A DNA stretch of 64,000 bases. It comes from Gracilinanus agilis (taxonomy: Eukaryota). A model generated the notes under the pieces. It searched no databases. It worked only from the letters and a program-made list of their open reading frames with translations, and was not told the origin of the DNA. Positions 1 through 11,790 of the stretch are shown piece by piece (positions within the stretch are counted from its first letter, which is position 1; the number at the start of each line of letters is the position of its first letter). Location: NCBI RefSeq assembly GCF_016433145.1, contig NC_058134.1:6561290-6625289 (forward strand). The letters are read 5' to 3'. Both the position numbers and the translations under genes were made by a program.

Positions 1-100
1 GGGGGGTGAGGGGGAAAGTAGGAGCATGAATCATGTAACCATGTTAACTTCTCTAAAAAATGAATACTAAAATTGTGTTTTAAAAAAACAAAAAAAACAA
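1..100 (+). mobile_element. L1 3' terminus (G-rich tract and A-rich tail), truncated by the window edge
   Basis: ggggggtgagggggaaagtaggagcatgaatcatgtaacc is nearly identical to the 3' end of the L1 copy at about 29800-29850 and is followed by an A-rich tail. Confidence 0.85.
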
Positions 101-707
101 GTGTCTGCCCCCTGGACAGTCTGAAACAAGGTTGAGGCTGCCATTTGTCTATGTGAAACTGGAGGTGGACTCAGGACGTGACGGAAGCTGCTCTCTTTTA
201 AATATGATGGTAACTTCCTGTGTGGGGCTTTTTGGTGCTTTGAACTTGGAGTTGAAGGAGCTGAGGGAGACCTCAGATGGCATCTTTGCCATCTTAGAAC
301 TGTCATGTGGGTAAGTCAGGCTGCCTCTCCTCCTCTTCCCTTGGTGTTTCTAGAGGCTCAGCCTCAAGGAGGCCTCTCTTATTGGAGGAGGCCTTGTGGC
401 TAGAAGCCTCCAGTCCGGGTCAGAGTTTCTCTCTCTCATTTTCCCTTCCTTCAACGTTCCTAAGTGTAAATCTCGACTTGGGCCACTTATTTGGAATCGA
501 GTCATCGCTCCCTGGCAACCAAACTTTAATATCTAGTCTGAGCATCATTTTTTCCATTTTCCCCTTTACAATGTGCATATTGATCTGTCCATAGATCACA
601 AACAGGCTAAGCCAGCAATTGCCTCCCACTCTTAGGAAAACACACTGACATGAACTCCCGGGTCGGGATAATACCAACATCTAACATTTCTCTGGCACTT
701 TACCTTC

Positions 708-881
708 TTTTTTAACCTTGACCTTCCATCTTAGAACTAACATTGCGTTTTAGTTCCAAGGCCATAGGGGTTAAGTGACTTGCCCACAGTCACTCAGCTG
801 TGTGTGTCTGAGGCCACATTTGAACCCAGCACCTCCCATTTCTAGGCCTGCCGCTCCATCCACTGAGCTACCCAGCTGCCC
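708..881 (-). mobile_element. tRNA-derived opossum SINE (SINE1_Mdo-like, long tail) inserted into an older MIR
   Basis: Ends in ...ccactgagctacccagctgccc (reverse complement of the SINE head). actttacc flanks both sides, and MIR-like sequence continues to about 1010. Confidence 0.85.
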
Positions 882-1429
882 TCTACTTTACCATTTTAAG
901 GCATTTTCCAGACATTAATTCCTCTCATCTCCACAACAGCCCTGTAACCTCTCTGATATTATTATTATCCCTACTTTACAGATGAGCCGAGTGAGGCTAA
1001 AAGATGAAGTGTTGGTGGATCTCTCTCTCTGTGGGAGATCCCTTTTTTCTCCTTAGTGAATACCAGAGATGCTCCTTTTCTCTTTCAAAATGGTGTCTCT
1101 AATTTTCTGAGTATTTGGAAGGAGACTAAATAAATGAGCTTCTTCAGGTGTTCAAAAAGCCCCTGATGGGTAAAGTAGATTTCCTAACATTTCCAAGGTT
1201 CTGGGGGTCACTTCAGCCATTCCCACGGGTGCTCTGTGGACTGACTTCTCAACTTTTCCTTTTTATCTGTTCTGTTTTAGATAGCTAAGGTTGTTCTTAG
1301 ATAAATTCCAGAAAACTGAAATATTCCTAAAATAGAGTCATTTATTCTTAAACTCTTGATTTTTGAGTGATCATCTCACTCTTGGAAAAAGGGTAGAAAT
1401 TTATGGACTGGAAATGACAACAACAAAAT

Positions 1430-2010
1430 CTCTAATATCCATTTATTTTTCAATCAACAAAAATCTGTTTTTTCTTCCTCTGTTGGAAAAAGAAAAAAAA
1501 AAAACTCTTCTTACAAATACTCATTGTCAAGTCCTGCACTTTCAGCCTGAGTCTGTCACCGTTCTGCCATGAGAAGAGTGTGTGTCACCAATTGAGATCA
1601 GTCATTGGCTGATGAGAGCTCCTAAGTCTCTCCAAGTTGTTTTTCTTTAAATTGTGGCTATTCTCTTGGGTTCTGTTCACTTCCTTCTGCATCTACTCAT
1701 AAAGTCTTTTCCAGGTTTCTCTGAAGCTTCCCTTTTTCATCATCTCTTACAACAAAGTAGGCTTCCATTATATTCTGATGCTGTCATTGGGTTTAGCCAT
1801 TCTTTAAACAATACTGACTCAGTTTCCAATTCTTTGCCAGAACAAGATCTCTAGAAATATATTTGTGCATATTGTATGTCCTTTTTTAGAATGTCTTTGG
1901 AGTGTGGACTCGAGTAGGGGTGCTTTCTGGTTGCAGGGAATCTAGAGGTTAGTAACTTTTGTAATTGGTTTCAAACTGAATTTTTTTTTCAGAACGCCTG
2001 GAACCTGTGA
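1430..2010 (-). mobile_element. Old L1 fragment (ORF2 3' end and 3' UTR)
   Basis: The reverse complement resembles marsupial L1 3' sequence (ttctcttgggttctgttcacttc..., gtttagccattc..., ttccaattctttgcc). Confidence 0.65.
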
Positions 2011-2022
2011 ATTGCCAAGATA

Positions 2023-2190
2023 TTCAGGGAAAGGGGAAGAACAGTAAAGGAAAAGAAAAGGGCAAATCATAAGAGGAAAGGAAGAGAGAAGAAGGGGAAA
2101 GAGGAGGAAAATGGGGAAAAGAGAAGGAAGAGGGGGAGAAAGCAGGGAAAATCAAAAGGAAAAGGGAAAAAATTAAGAAGGGAAAGAAAA
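2023..2190. repeat. Polypurine (GA-rich) low-complexity tract
   Basis: About 165 nt of almost only A and G (ggggaagagaagaaggggaaagaggagg...). Confidence 0.9.
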
Positions 2191-3077
2191 GGGAAGTACC
2201 TGCCAGCCCATGTCAAAGAAGAGTGTTCATATGAGAGATGTATAATGTGAAATTCTATATCCATGTGACTTACAGTTATTAGCTGATGTATTATTACATC
2301 ATAGAAATCAAAAGAGAGACAGAGACAGAGAGAGACAGAGAGAAAGTGCTCTGAATGCTGTTAGTATTGTGAAATGGAATTAGAATTGCGTCTCTCCGTG
2401 CTGATATTAAATATCTAACTGGGTTTCCATTACCAACTCTTCTGTCAGGGGTTTTGAACTGGACCATAAAAAGTCACTTCAGGCATCAAGCAGGCCTGAA
2501 AAGGGCTATTACAGCATCTGGGGAAAAGAATCAGCATATTTCTAGAATGTGCAGATAGATGAAATGTTGACAAACTCTGTTTATATATTTTTAAAATGTC
2601 TTTGGGATGACGATCTCCTTTATCAATTTGCTGAATCATATTACCTGCCTCAGTTCCATTAACTTAAAAGGGAAAATAAAATTAAATTCAACGTCCTTTC
2701 CATTGTTTCTAAATGTGATGAATCTGGCGGCCACAAAAGCTAGCAGCACTTTCAGGTTTGCCAGAGTGGTCTTAGAGCACAAAGATGGTCTGGCAAACTC
2801 TCATCAAGAGAACCAATACATGTTATTTGCTTGAAAGTATGTGCGTGTGTGGCTTTGTGATCAGGAATTACTCTATCCCAAGGGTCAGGTAAATCAAAAG
2901 GATATCATCCCCTCAAAAAGAAAAACTTTACTTAGCAGGTCTATGATACATATTTGCAACGAGGTGGCTCAATGGATTGAGTCCTGGTTCTAGAGCTGGA
3001 AAAACTATTTCCTGAGTTCAAAGTTGGCCACAGACATGTCCTAGCTATGGGACCCCAAGAGAGGAGGAGACCGTTCA

Positions 3078-3268
3078 TTTTTTTTTAAACCCTCACCTTC
3101 CTGTGAGGTGTATTGGTTCCAAAGCAGAAGAGTGGTAAGGGTAGGCAATGGGGGTCAAGTGACTTGCCCAGGGTCACACAGCTAGGAAGTGTCTGAGGCC
3201 CGATTTGAACCCAGGACCTCCCATCTTTAGGCCTGGCTCTCCATCCACGGAGCTACCCAGCTGCCCCC
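3078..3268 (-). mobile_element. SINE1_Mdo-like SINE, intermediate tail variant
   Basis: Poly-T then aaaccctcaccttcc...gagctacccagctgccccc, with ttcattttt repeated on both flanks as a probable TSD. Confidence 0.9.
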
Positions 3269-3559
3269 CATTCATTTTTTAAAGTATTTCTAGAGTAGTC
3301 ATGGAATCGTTTAATTCTGCGGAGTTGATCTTTCCATCCATAATCTTCCCCAGCTCTTCTGAAAAATGTCTCCCCTTTAGTACACCATAAGAAGATGCCA
3401 CAAATGTTGCCGTCTCTACAGCAATCAGCCCCAGAAGACCCAGAAGTGAGAGGCTGAAGAGGAGGCCTTTTCTCTTTTCTTTTCTCAAAAAGGAGAAGCT
3501 TTCAGGCATCAGTCCAAATGCCTGTGAAGAGGGAGCTGCTATACACTGTTTTAGTCCAG

Positions 3560-4015
3560 TATGAATTTTTCTAAGAGGAAAGCTTTACCTTAAAACTTTC
3601 TGTCACAAAGAATAATGCTATTTACCTTTCGAGCGACGTAATGGAATATTAATTACATGAAAACTAATAAAAATATTTGACATTTAAGAAGTTAAAAACT
3701 GCATCATGTCTCTTAGGCATTTAAGCTCCACTTAAATATCATCTGGCCCGTAATTAGTACACAGGAGCTAATGAATCCAGGTACATATAAATTTTTGATT
3801 TAACTGTCCAATTACTGCTTAGTAGTTCATAAAATTGGTCTTTAAGCACATTTGGGGAGCTTCGGTAACAACTCCATATCTATTTTGCTTTTTAACTTAT
3901 TAGAGAATTCAATAGAGTCTCCTGCTTGATTCATACTGGGAAAATATTCTTTTAGTAAAATAATTAGTTTCTTCCTAAGTGATTAAAGTATATCTTTATC
4001 AGTTTATAACTATTA
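3560..4015. promoter_or_regulatory. Repeat-free AT-rich block, candidate conserved non-coding element
   Basis: No recognisable repeat and dense TAAT/ATTA cores (gtaatgg, attaattac, gtaattag, ccaattac, ataattag). Conservation itself cannot be seen here. Confidence 0.35.
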
Positions 4016-4114
4016 ATGTCTATCATTTTCAGATTTCCTCATCTGTAAAATTCTGGGGCTGAACTAGGTAACCCCCAGGATCTCTTGAAACTGGAAATGT
4101 TCTTATTTCATCCA

Positions 4115-4235
4115 TCAGGAAGTCAACCAGCATTTATTAAGCACCTACTACGTGCCAGATACAGGGCTAATCATTAGGGAGACAAACACACAAGTCCCTG
4201 TCCTCAAGGATCTTAAATGCTAATGAATATGAATG
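4115..4235 (-). mobile_element. L2 3' end
   Basis: gcatttattaagcacctactacgtgccag...gtccctgtcctcaagga, the typical L2 terminus in reverse. Confidence 0.85.
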
Positions 4236-4469
4236 GCTCAATTAGGACGCTGCATTTCAAATATTCATTCCTTGGAAATCATTTACAACATCCTAAGAAG
4301 AGCAAACGCGGGTTTCTTTGAGGTCCCAGGAAGCTCTGAACACTGGCAAGTTGGGTACTCTGGGGGCAGTTAGGAAAGCGAGTCCCAGAAATAATCATCC
4401 TCAAATCAATTCAATCAATTGGCAGTATCAGGGATTGAGACCTGGAAGGGACCTGGGGGGTCCTCTGAT

Positions 4470-4757
4470 NNNNNNNNNNNNNNNNNNNNNNNNNNNNNNN
4501 NNNNNNNNNNNNNNNNNNNNNNNNNNNNNNNNNNNNNNNNNNNNNNNNNNNNNNNNNNNNNNNNNNNNNNNNNNNNNNNNNNNNNNNNNNNNNNNNNNNN
4601 NNNNNNNNNNNNNNNNNNNNNNNNNNNNNNNNNNNNNNNNNNNNNNNNNNNNNNNNNNNNNNNNNNNNNNNNNNNNNNNNNNNNNNNNNNNNNNNNNNNN
4701 NNNNNNNNNNNNNNNNNNNNNNNNNNNNNNNNNNNNNNNNNNNNNNNNNNNNNNNNN
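4470..4757. other. Assembly gap (288 N)
   Basis: Run of N. Confidence 1.
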
Positions 4758-6610
4758 TCAATTCAATTAAAGCATCATTTGTTAAAGAGCTACTCTGTAC
4801 CAGCTTCAGAAATGAAAAAGGAAACAGTATTTGTCCTCAAGGAGTTTCTGTTCTCCCTGCTGGGTGTGTGGATGTGGCTGTGGGTGTGCGTCTAGCTGTC
4901 TGTCTCTCTGGAATGGGCTAATTTAGCACAAAGTCAACTGGGCACACTTGGTAGGCCCAGAAGGAGCCCTAGAAGAAAGCTGAGGCCCTGGCAGGCTCCA
5001 GGCTGTGCCCAGGCTCATTAAAGCAGTAGAAACCTGTCTGGAATCACCCCAAGTCTCCTGAGCCCCCTCAGCTTTCTATCAACTACTTTCTGCTTCTTTT
5101 TTCCTTCAGCGACTATGATCTTGGCCAAAACTCATGACTAGTGATTGGGCGCGGCAAAGGGTCATCCTGTGTCCTTGCCCCACCAATAGGATATGGAAAT
5201 GGTTTCTGGGTATGAAATCTGAAGCCCAGCCAAATGGGTCCTACCCAGGGAACTGGCCAGCTGCCAATGGCTATTTTCAGCTGGGGAGGGGAAAAAACAA
5301 CCTGAGAAGCCAGTCTGCTCCAGCCCCGAGGAGCCGCGGCCTGCACTGACTAAGGGAGGTTACTCTTCTAGACGTGAAGTTCAGGAAAAAATATGGAGAG
5401 GTGAGACACTGAGGAAGAGTAAATCGTAACATCTGGCTATAGAAATAGTAAATGTAGGGAGGTAATTAATTAGAGAGGAGAGGAAAAATCAGACCGGAGA
5501 GCCTTGAATGTCAAGCTAAGGAATTTGGATTTTCATCTGCACCAACAAACAACCTGGCTTCATTCCACCTGTGAAGCTTACAAAAGCGCTTTCTTGATGG
5601 CAATCCTGAGAGGTCACTAAGAGATAATATTAATAGCAGCCTCGTCTTATTGAAAAGGGGGGGGGGGTTCAAGGGCTTCAAGGCCTGCCCCCTGGGCGCT
5701 TGGCTAAGTTCCAAAGCTGGCCCCACACTAGTCTCCCACTCCCCGGGCGACGCTCTCTGTGCACTGCGGCCGCTCCGCCCGAGACAGGGAAACCAGAGAG
5801 AAGCGGGAGATGGAACAGCAGCCGCCGAAGGGCAGAGCACTTGGCCGGCAGGCAATGAATCCACTGAGGCGCACTTTAAAGGTCTCTGAGGATTCGTTTC
5901 GCCCTCAAAGGGCCTCGGAGGGCAGAAGGCCAACAGCCTCGACAACGCGTGGACACTCTCCTGCCTCCGGCACACGCCGTCTCCTTTTCCTCCCTCTCGC
6001 CCGGGGCTCCACGGGAAGCCGCCCGCTCTCTGGCTGATCAGGCTTCTAAGGCCGCCTGCAGGGCCTTCGAATCAGAAGGGAAAGAGACGGTCCAGGACAG
6101 GCTTCTGGGCTGCTCAGACGTCGTCCGACATCCGAGGCACCGAGCACCGCTCAGAGCCATCAGCCTCCTTCGGAAAAGTCCATTAAGCTAAAGCCACGAC
6201 CTCGTCGTCAGGATTAGAGCTCAGGCCGTTGAGGCAGAACCCAGAGGCTGGATCGGTACCGCCCGCTTTGAAAAGAAGCTTTCAGTTTGCCTTGAGTGGG
6301 TGCAGCAGCAGGAGACAAGACAATGACCCACTCGCAGCGTTCTTGACATTATCTGCTAATCAGCCTCCCGACAAACAGGACTCCGAGTGGCTGCGGGGCC
6401 TAATCAGCGCAGCCCCAGGGCAGGAGAGACAAAAAATAAATAGGACAAAAAAGGAAGCAACATTTTTAGAATACTCGAGGCTGAGACTCTTGTTGGCACT
6501 CTGGAAGCACTTTCTGGCTGAAGAGCGCCTCGGCGGGAAGCAGGAGAGAAATGCCAGCGAGGCCGGTGACATTCAGAGGGAGCTTTCACCCAGCTAGATG
6601 CAAGTCCAGG

Positions 6611-6951
6611 CGTGTGTGTGTGTGTGTGTGTGTGCATATGTGAGTGTGTGTGCATGTGAGTGTGTGCATGTGTGAGTGTGTGCACCCGTGTATGTGAGTG
6701 TGTAACTGTGTGTGTGCATGTGAGTGTGTGCATGTGAGTGTGTGCACCCGTGTATGTGAGTGTGTAACTGTGTGTGTGCGTGTGAGTGTGTATGTGTGTT
6801 TGAGCATGTGTGAGTGAGTGTATGTATGCGTGAATGTGTGACTGAGTGTGTGCCCGTGTGACTGTGTGTGTGTGCCCGTGTGACTGTGTGTGTGTGTGTG
6901 TGCCTGTGTGTGTGTGCCCGTGTGACTGTGTGTGCATGAGTGTGTGAGTGA
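6611..6951. repeat. Compound (TG)n minisatellite with higher-order units
   Basis: TG backbone interrupted by recurrent cat, gag, cacccg, taac and cccgtgtgac motifs. Confidence 0.97.
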
Positions 6952-7494
6952 GAGAGGGCAGCGCCCTGCAGTGCTCCGGCCCCCCAATACGCTCTCAGAC
7001 TCTCCCCGCCGTTCTCCATCCTCGCTTCTAGAGGATGCGGCCATTTCGGACTTTCTGAAGAAGCCGCCCAGGAGGCCTTCTCTGGCTCCTCAACTGCAGC
7101 AGCACTGAAGGGTGGGTGGAGAAAGAAGGGCGCGCTTGGGCCAGGCCGGGTGGCTGCTGGGCCCCTTTGCCCTCTCGCACTCTGTGCTCAGGAGGCTCCC
7201 GCAGGGAGTGAGCTGCCGGAGGCCCGACCTGAACGCTCACGTTCGCCTGTGTCTGAGGGTCTCCCCGGCACCGTGCCGGTGAGGCGGTGAGCTGACCGTC
7301 CTCGAGGGGGCGGCCTCCCCACCTGGGAGAGGACAAGGAGAGACCCAGCGAGTGCAGACGTGCCAGAGAGCGCCCGAGGGCCCTCCTTCAGGGCTGCGAA
7401 GACGAGCCCCGGAGCACCCACGTCACATCTCGGGGCTGGGCACGGCTCCTCCCAGCCTTCAAAGTTCTTCCGAGCCAACAGCTGGCTCCCCACT

Positions 7495-7659
7495 TGTGTG
7501 TGCACGTGCGTGTGTGTGTGCGCGTGCGTGTGTGTGTGTGAGTGCGTGTGTGCGTGTGAGTGCGTGAGTGTGTGCGTGAGTGTGTGTGTGAGTGCGTGCG
7601 TGTGCGTGTGTGAGTACGTGTGCGTGTGCGTGTGTGAGTACGTGTGCGTGTGAGTGCAC
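7495..7659. repeat. (TG/CG)n alternating purine-pyrimidine repeat
   Basis: tgtgtgtgcacgtgcgtgtgtgtgtgcgcgtgcg..., alternating perfectly over 7495-7540. Confidence 0.97.
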
Positions 7660-8152
7660 TGCATGAAGCCGTCTCTGCACAGAGTAGGGATTTTCAATGT
7701 TTGCTGGGCTGAGTCTGTGCCTCGGACCCTGACCCTCGGGCCACCCTGCGGACACGCTCTCTTCCTCAGTTTCCTGATCTATAACAGAAAGGCTTTGGGG
7801 CTGACATTCTCTAAGTCATTCAGATCTTAATTTGTGATCCTGCCATTCAAGCCACTGCCGACAAGAGGACATTTAATGCATCTTGTTACCACATGTATGC
7901 ACATGAGAGAAACGTAACAGGAACACGCTACGGAAAGGAAGAAATCGAGATCCATTTGGGGATTATGAGAGTTCAGCGCCTTGGATTACTGAGCAAGAAT
8001 GCCGGGACATCTTGAGATCTCTCCTCACTTTTAATGTCTTGATACTATCTGAAACAGAATTATTTTAGAAATATAATTTAATTTTTAATAGCATGAAAGA
8101 GACAGACATGTGACTATTGGTCTCCACAAGGACTTAACTTTGTATTTTTTCC

Positions 8153-8336
8153 TTTTTTTTTTAAACCCTTAACTTCTGTGTATTGGCTCCTTGGTGGAAG
8201 AGTGGTCAGGGTGGGCCATGGGGGTCAAGTGACTTGCCCAGGGTCACCCAGCTGGGAAGTGTCTGAGGCCGGATTTGAACCCAGGACCTCCCGTCTCTAG
8301 GCCTGGCTCTTCATCCACTGAGCTACCCAGCTGCCT
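8153..8336 (-). mobile_element. Young short-tail SINE (SINE1_Mdo-related)
   Basis: Poly-T, aaacccttaacttctgtgtattggctcc ... gagctacccagctgcc. Confidence 0.95.
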
Positions 8337-8344
8337 CATATTTT

Positions 8345-9115
8345 CTCCTTTTTAATTGCTGAAAACTGTGTCAGTATCTTCACTGTAAGATAAAAATGAG
8401 AAAATTCTGAAAAATTAAAAGTAACCTATATCAAACTGGCTTCTCAATGGGAGGGGAAAAGAGAGGGAGAGAATTTGGAAAGAAATTCTTTTTCAAATGG
8501 ATGCTAAAATTGCTTTTATATGTAATTGGGGAAAATATTAAAAATATATTTTAAATGTAAAAGTATAAAATGTAAAAATTCTCAGCAAGCTCTGAAAATC
8601 TCAGCGGTGACCCACTCAAACCTGTCGTGTATTCACATCTGTACATACGGGATGTTCTGGGCAGCTAAAATGAATATTTGTTTCCTAAAGCACACTAGCA
8701 TTCCCTCCTAGTCATATACCACAATTCACTTCAAAGAGATGGTTTCAAGGAGAACCGCGAGAACAATTGATAGCATCCTATTACAAAAGTGAAGCTTTGA
8801 AGAACTTTACGAACTGATGCAGAAAGGAAACTGCCGAAGCAGCAGAACCTGACTGGCCCCCCGGGAAAGGCCATCTGAAGGCTGGAACGATGCCAGTCAT
8901 GCGGAGGTCGGCTACGGTTCCAGAGGAAAAATGACAAAATCTATTACCCATAATCACAGCCAGGGGATAGATTTAGGGGGACAGAATGCAGCACAGAGTA
9001 ACAGAGAAAATTGGTTTTGTTTGTCTATGGACATGTGTCACAAAACTTGTGTTTTTCTTTCCTTTTGCCACGGAATGCGGAGGGAGGGACGGTTACTGAC
9101 GTGTGTTCATTTTAG
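8345..9115 (+). mobile_element. Two old L1 3' UTR fragments (about 8345-8575 and 8720-9115)
   Basis: gggaggggaaaagagagggagagaatttggaa...tgtaattggggaaaat and gaagaactttacgaactgatgcag resemble marsupial L1 3' UTRs. Confidence 0.6.
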
Positions 9116-11329
9116 GAACAGAGGGGGCGCGACCGGTGTTTTCAGCTGAGGATCTATTATTGGTTCTGCTCAGTCTCTCTCAGAGATCTCTCAGAGTGGG
9201 ACTACCTGGATATATTTGTAATAGAAAAAGAAAACTCGTTAAAACAAGCACTCAGTTACTTTCCCAACAATGGCTATGGGCATTTGGATGGGACTAGTTG
9301 AGGTTGCATTTGATGGTCACTGGGGGCTGACTTCGTTGGGGCGCTTTGGGATCACAGACTGATTTCTGGGGTACACGTTGGACGTTTATGCATGCTCTCG
9401 GCAGTGTTTGGCCTCCTGGCCCTCAGACCCGCGCTTAGCTTCCCTAGATGGGAGCCGCACACCTCAGGGATGAATTTGGCTCTTGAGGGCAAAGGATTTG
9501 AAGGTGGATTCTAGAAGTCTTCCAAATATAACCAGCCCAGAAGCACAGGCAAAGGATGGGAAAGCAGCGGGGAGCGAGGGGGAGACCCAGAGCAGGGGCG
9601 ACTCTTATCATTCCGACCCTCCCAACAGGCTTTGACGTAGTATGGAGAAAGCACTTGGCCACACTCCACGTTTGCTCCAGAGGCTGCGGCAGCCAGCCCT
9701 GATGGGAAAAAAGAAGGCTCTTCGCTGGAAAGGACTTCGGAGCAGAACTGCATCCCTGCATCTAGGAGCACAGTTATATTGAGGCTGCTGAGGCTGAGAG
9801 GACTCTTGTAGGTAGATATCCCAGCTCCAATGGCCAGCTTTCTTGGCAACGTCTGCAGTCCCTCTTTGGCCAAGATGCTAAGAATGGCAGAGGAAAGAAC
9901 ACTGGACAGAGGCCAGGACTTAGCCGCGTCTTCTAGCTGTGATGCTGTGGGAAGGTTGCTGAGCCGCTCTGACCTGAAGGTTCTTCATCTATAAAACGTC
10001 CTCCTCTACCTCACCGGCGCTGAGGAGGATCCAAATGAAGAAACGTGCAGAGAGGGCTCCGGATTCCCTTGCAGAGGCCGCTCTCTCTCTCTCCTGTCTC
10101 CCAGCAGGCACTTCCCATCTTGGGCTCCAGAACTGGCTTGTTCTGTGACAGCGGAACCAGAATGGGGGGCCGGGTTTCCTCAGCCAATCCAAACACTTCC
10201 AAACCAATATACTCTCATTCATCCAATCAATGGTTTTCAAGGACTTCTATACTTAGTCTCAAGTCTTTGATTAAGACATATTTTTAACTTGGCTAAGTTA
10301 GAAGGACAAGTGGAGTCCGGCCATCGATCAACGGAATGCTTGACCTTCAACCTTTCCTAAACTGAAACTGGCTCTGAGTCCAACATCTCACTCTCTTGGG
10401 GCTCCGGAACCCCACCATTTGCAGCTCTCCCTCAAGTCCTAGAAGGCTGGAGCAATAAATAAGAAAGGGGAAGCCCCAGGGAGGGGCCTTCTTCTGCGAA
10501 GGCAGGGCAGGAGGACCCGACGGGAAGCATCCGCAGTGCAGGAAATGAAAGAAAAGGACTATCGTTTGACAAGACTTAGTTTAAGATCAGTGATGAAGCG
10601 ATGAGTATAGAAGTCAGAACCAACAGGAAAACAGGTATAGTCCGAGATCTGGATCTGAATTGTTTGTGTACTTCCACTGGGGAAAACTGAGAGTTATTCT
10701 TGGGCCTCTCTGACCCTCTGATTCGTGCTCTGGAAAAGGAGAAGCGGAACCCCCTGATCTCTGCAATTAGTCTCTTCTGTCTAGGAATCGGCGGCACTCC
10801 CGAGTCTGGAACTCCTGGAAGCACTTTGGAAACACTGTAAACGGTCCCCAGGCTTACAACTGTTTAAATGAGGAAACCACGTTAGAAAACTTCAGAAATT
10901 AAAATGAATGAGGAGAAAGGCCGCTGTGTTTGCTTCAGGACCGTGATGGAAGAGAAGCTTTGAGATCACAGACTGCCGTGACTTGCGGGTAAATCCGCCT
11001 TCATTAAGCAAAGACTGTACCTCATGAGAAATCACTGGTGTCGGCACGGAAAAGGACAGCCGGAAGAGCCCCGTCAAAGTAAGCCACTGGGAAGCCTGCA
11101 GGGCTCCAAGGTCGCTCGGGCTTGTGAAAAGAGCCCCCTCCCACATAGGAGGGATGTTTTTATCGGCCCTTTTTTGGGGTGTGGTTTTCAAGCGCCTGAG
11201 CTCCGGCTCCGGGCCCACAGCAGGGACTGAACGTCTTGGAGCTGTCTTGAACTCAACAGTCACAATCAGTCTCTTCCTTAAGTTCCCTCTTCCTTGTTTC
11301 CTCGTCCATGTGAGGAGCAGTGGCTCGCC

Positions 11330-11790
11330 CTGCCATCTTTCCCATCTTTCTCCCCTTTCCGTATCCCGCCCATTGTCTAGGCTTCTACTTTCGTATTCTC
11401 TGTCCTCTGACCCACCGCCAGCCCGGCCCACCGGCAATGTTCCCAGGACCTTCTCATTGGCCTCCCTGGATCCAGTACCTGCCGCCTCCACCCAGCGTCC
11501 AGGCGTCCGTCCAACTCGCCTTCCTTAAGCTCCGATTCGGCCTCCCTCTCTCACCTGCTCCTTCTGCCCTTCCAGCCTTCTTGCTTCTTACCCTGCAACT
11601 CCCCCTCCCTGGCTGGCCCCACGCCGGGATGCTCTCCCGCTTCATCTCCGCCTCTTGGCTGCCTTCGTGTCCCACCTGCCCTCCACCTTCCGCAGAATCC
11701 CCCTCCGCCATCCCTCCTTTATCCTGTGTGAGCCCACCGAGGCCCGTCCGGGGTCTCTGGCACGCAGGAAGGCCTTTACCGGGTCTTGTT
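11330..11790 (+). mobile_element. L2 3' region, GC-shifted
   Basis: ccccacgccgggatgctctccc...ctccgcctcttgg and tctctggcacgcaggaaggcc align by eye with the L2 terminus (cccccatgcctggaatgctctccc..., gcctggcacatagtaggcgc). Confidence 0.65.

Noticed and set aside
4400-4770. tcaattcaat on both sides of the gap as a sign of a collapsed duplication
   Set aside because: It is a common L2-tail microsatellite motif and is too short to infer structure across unknown sequence.
4318-4895. ORFs spanning the first gap (and 34007-34399 across the second)
   Set aside because: Their length is an artefact of N runs.
6404-7755. His/Thr-rich and Val/Cys-rich ORFs of up to 177 aa
   Set aside because: They are translations of (TG)n/(CA)n repeats and are open in several frames only because the repeat lacks stops.
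9511-9873. 120-aa minus-strand ORF (MAKEGLQ...CWEGRNDKSRPC)
   Set aside because: It looks protein-like, but I recognise no family and see no convincing splice context.
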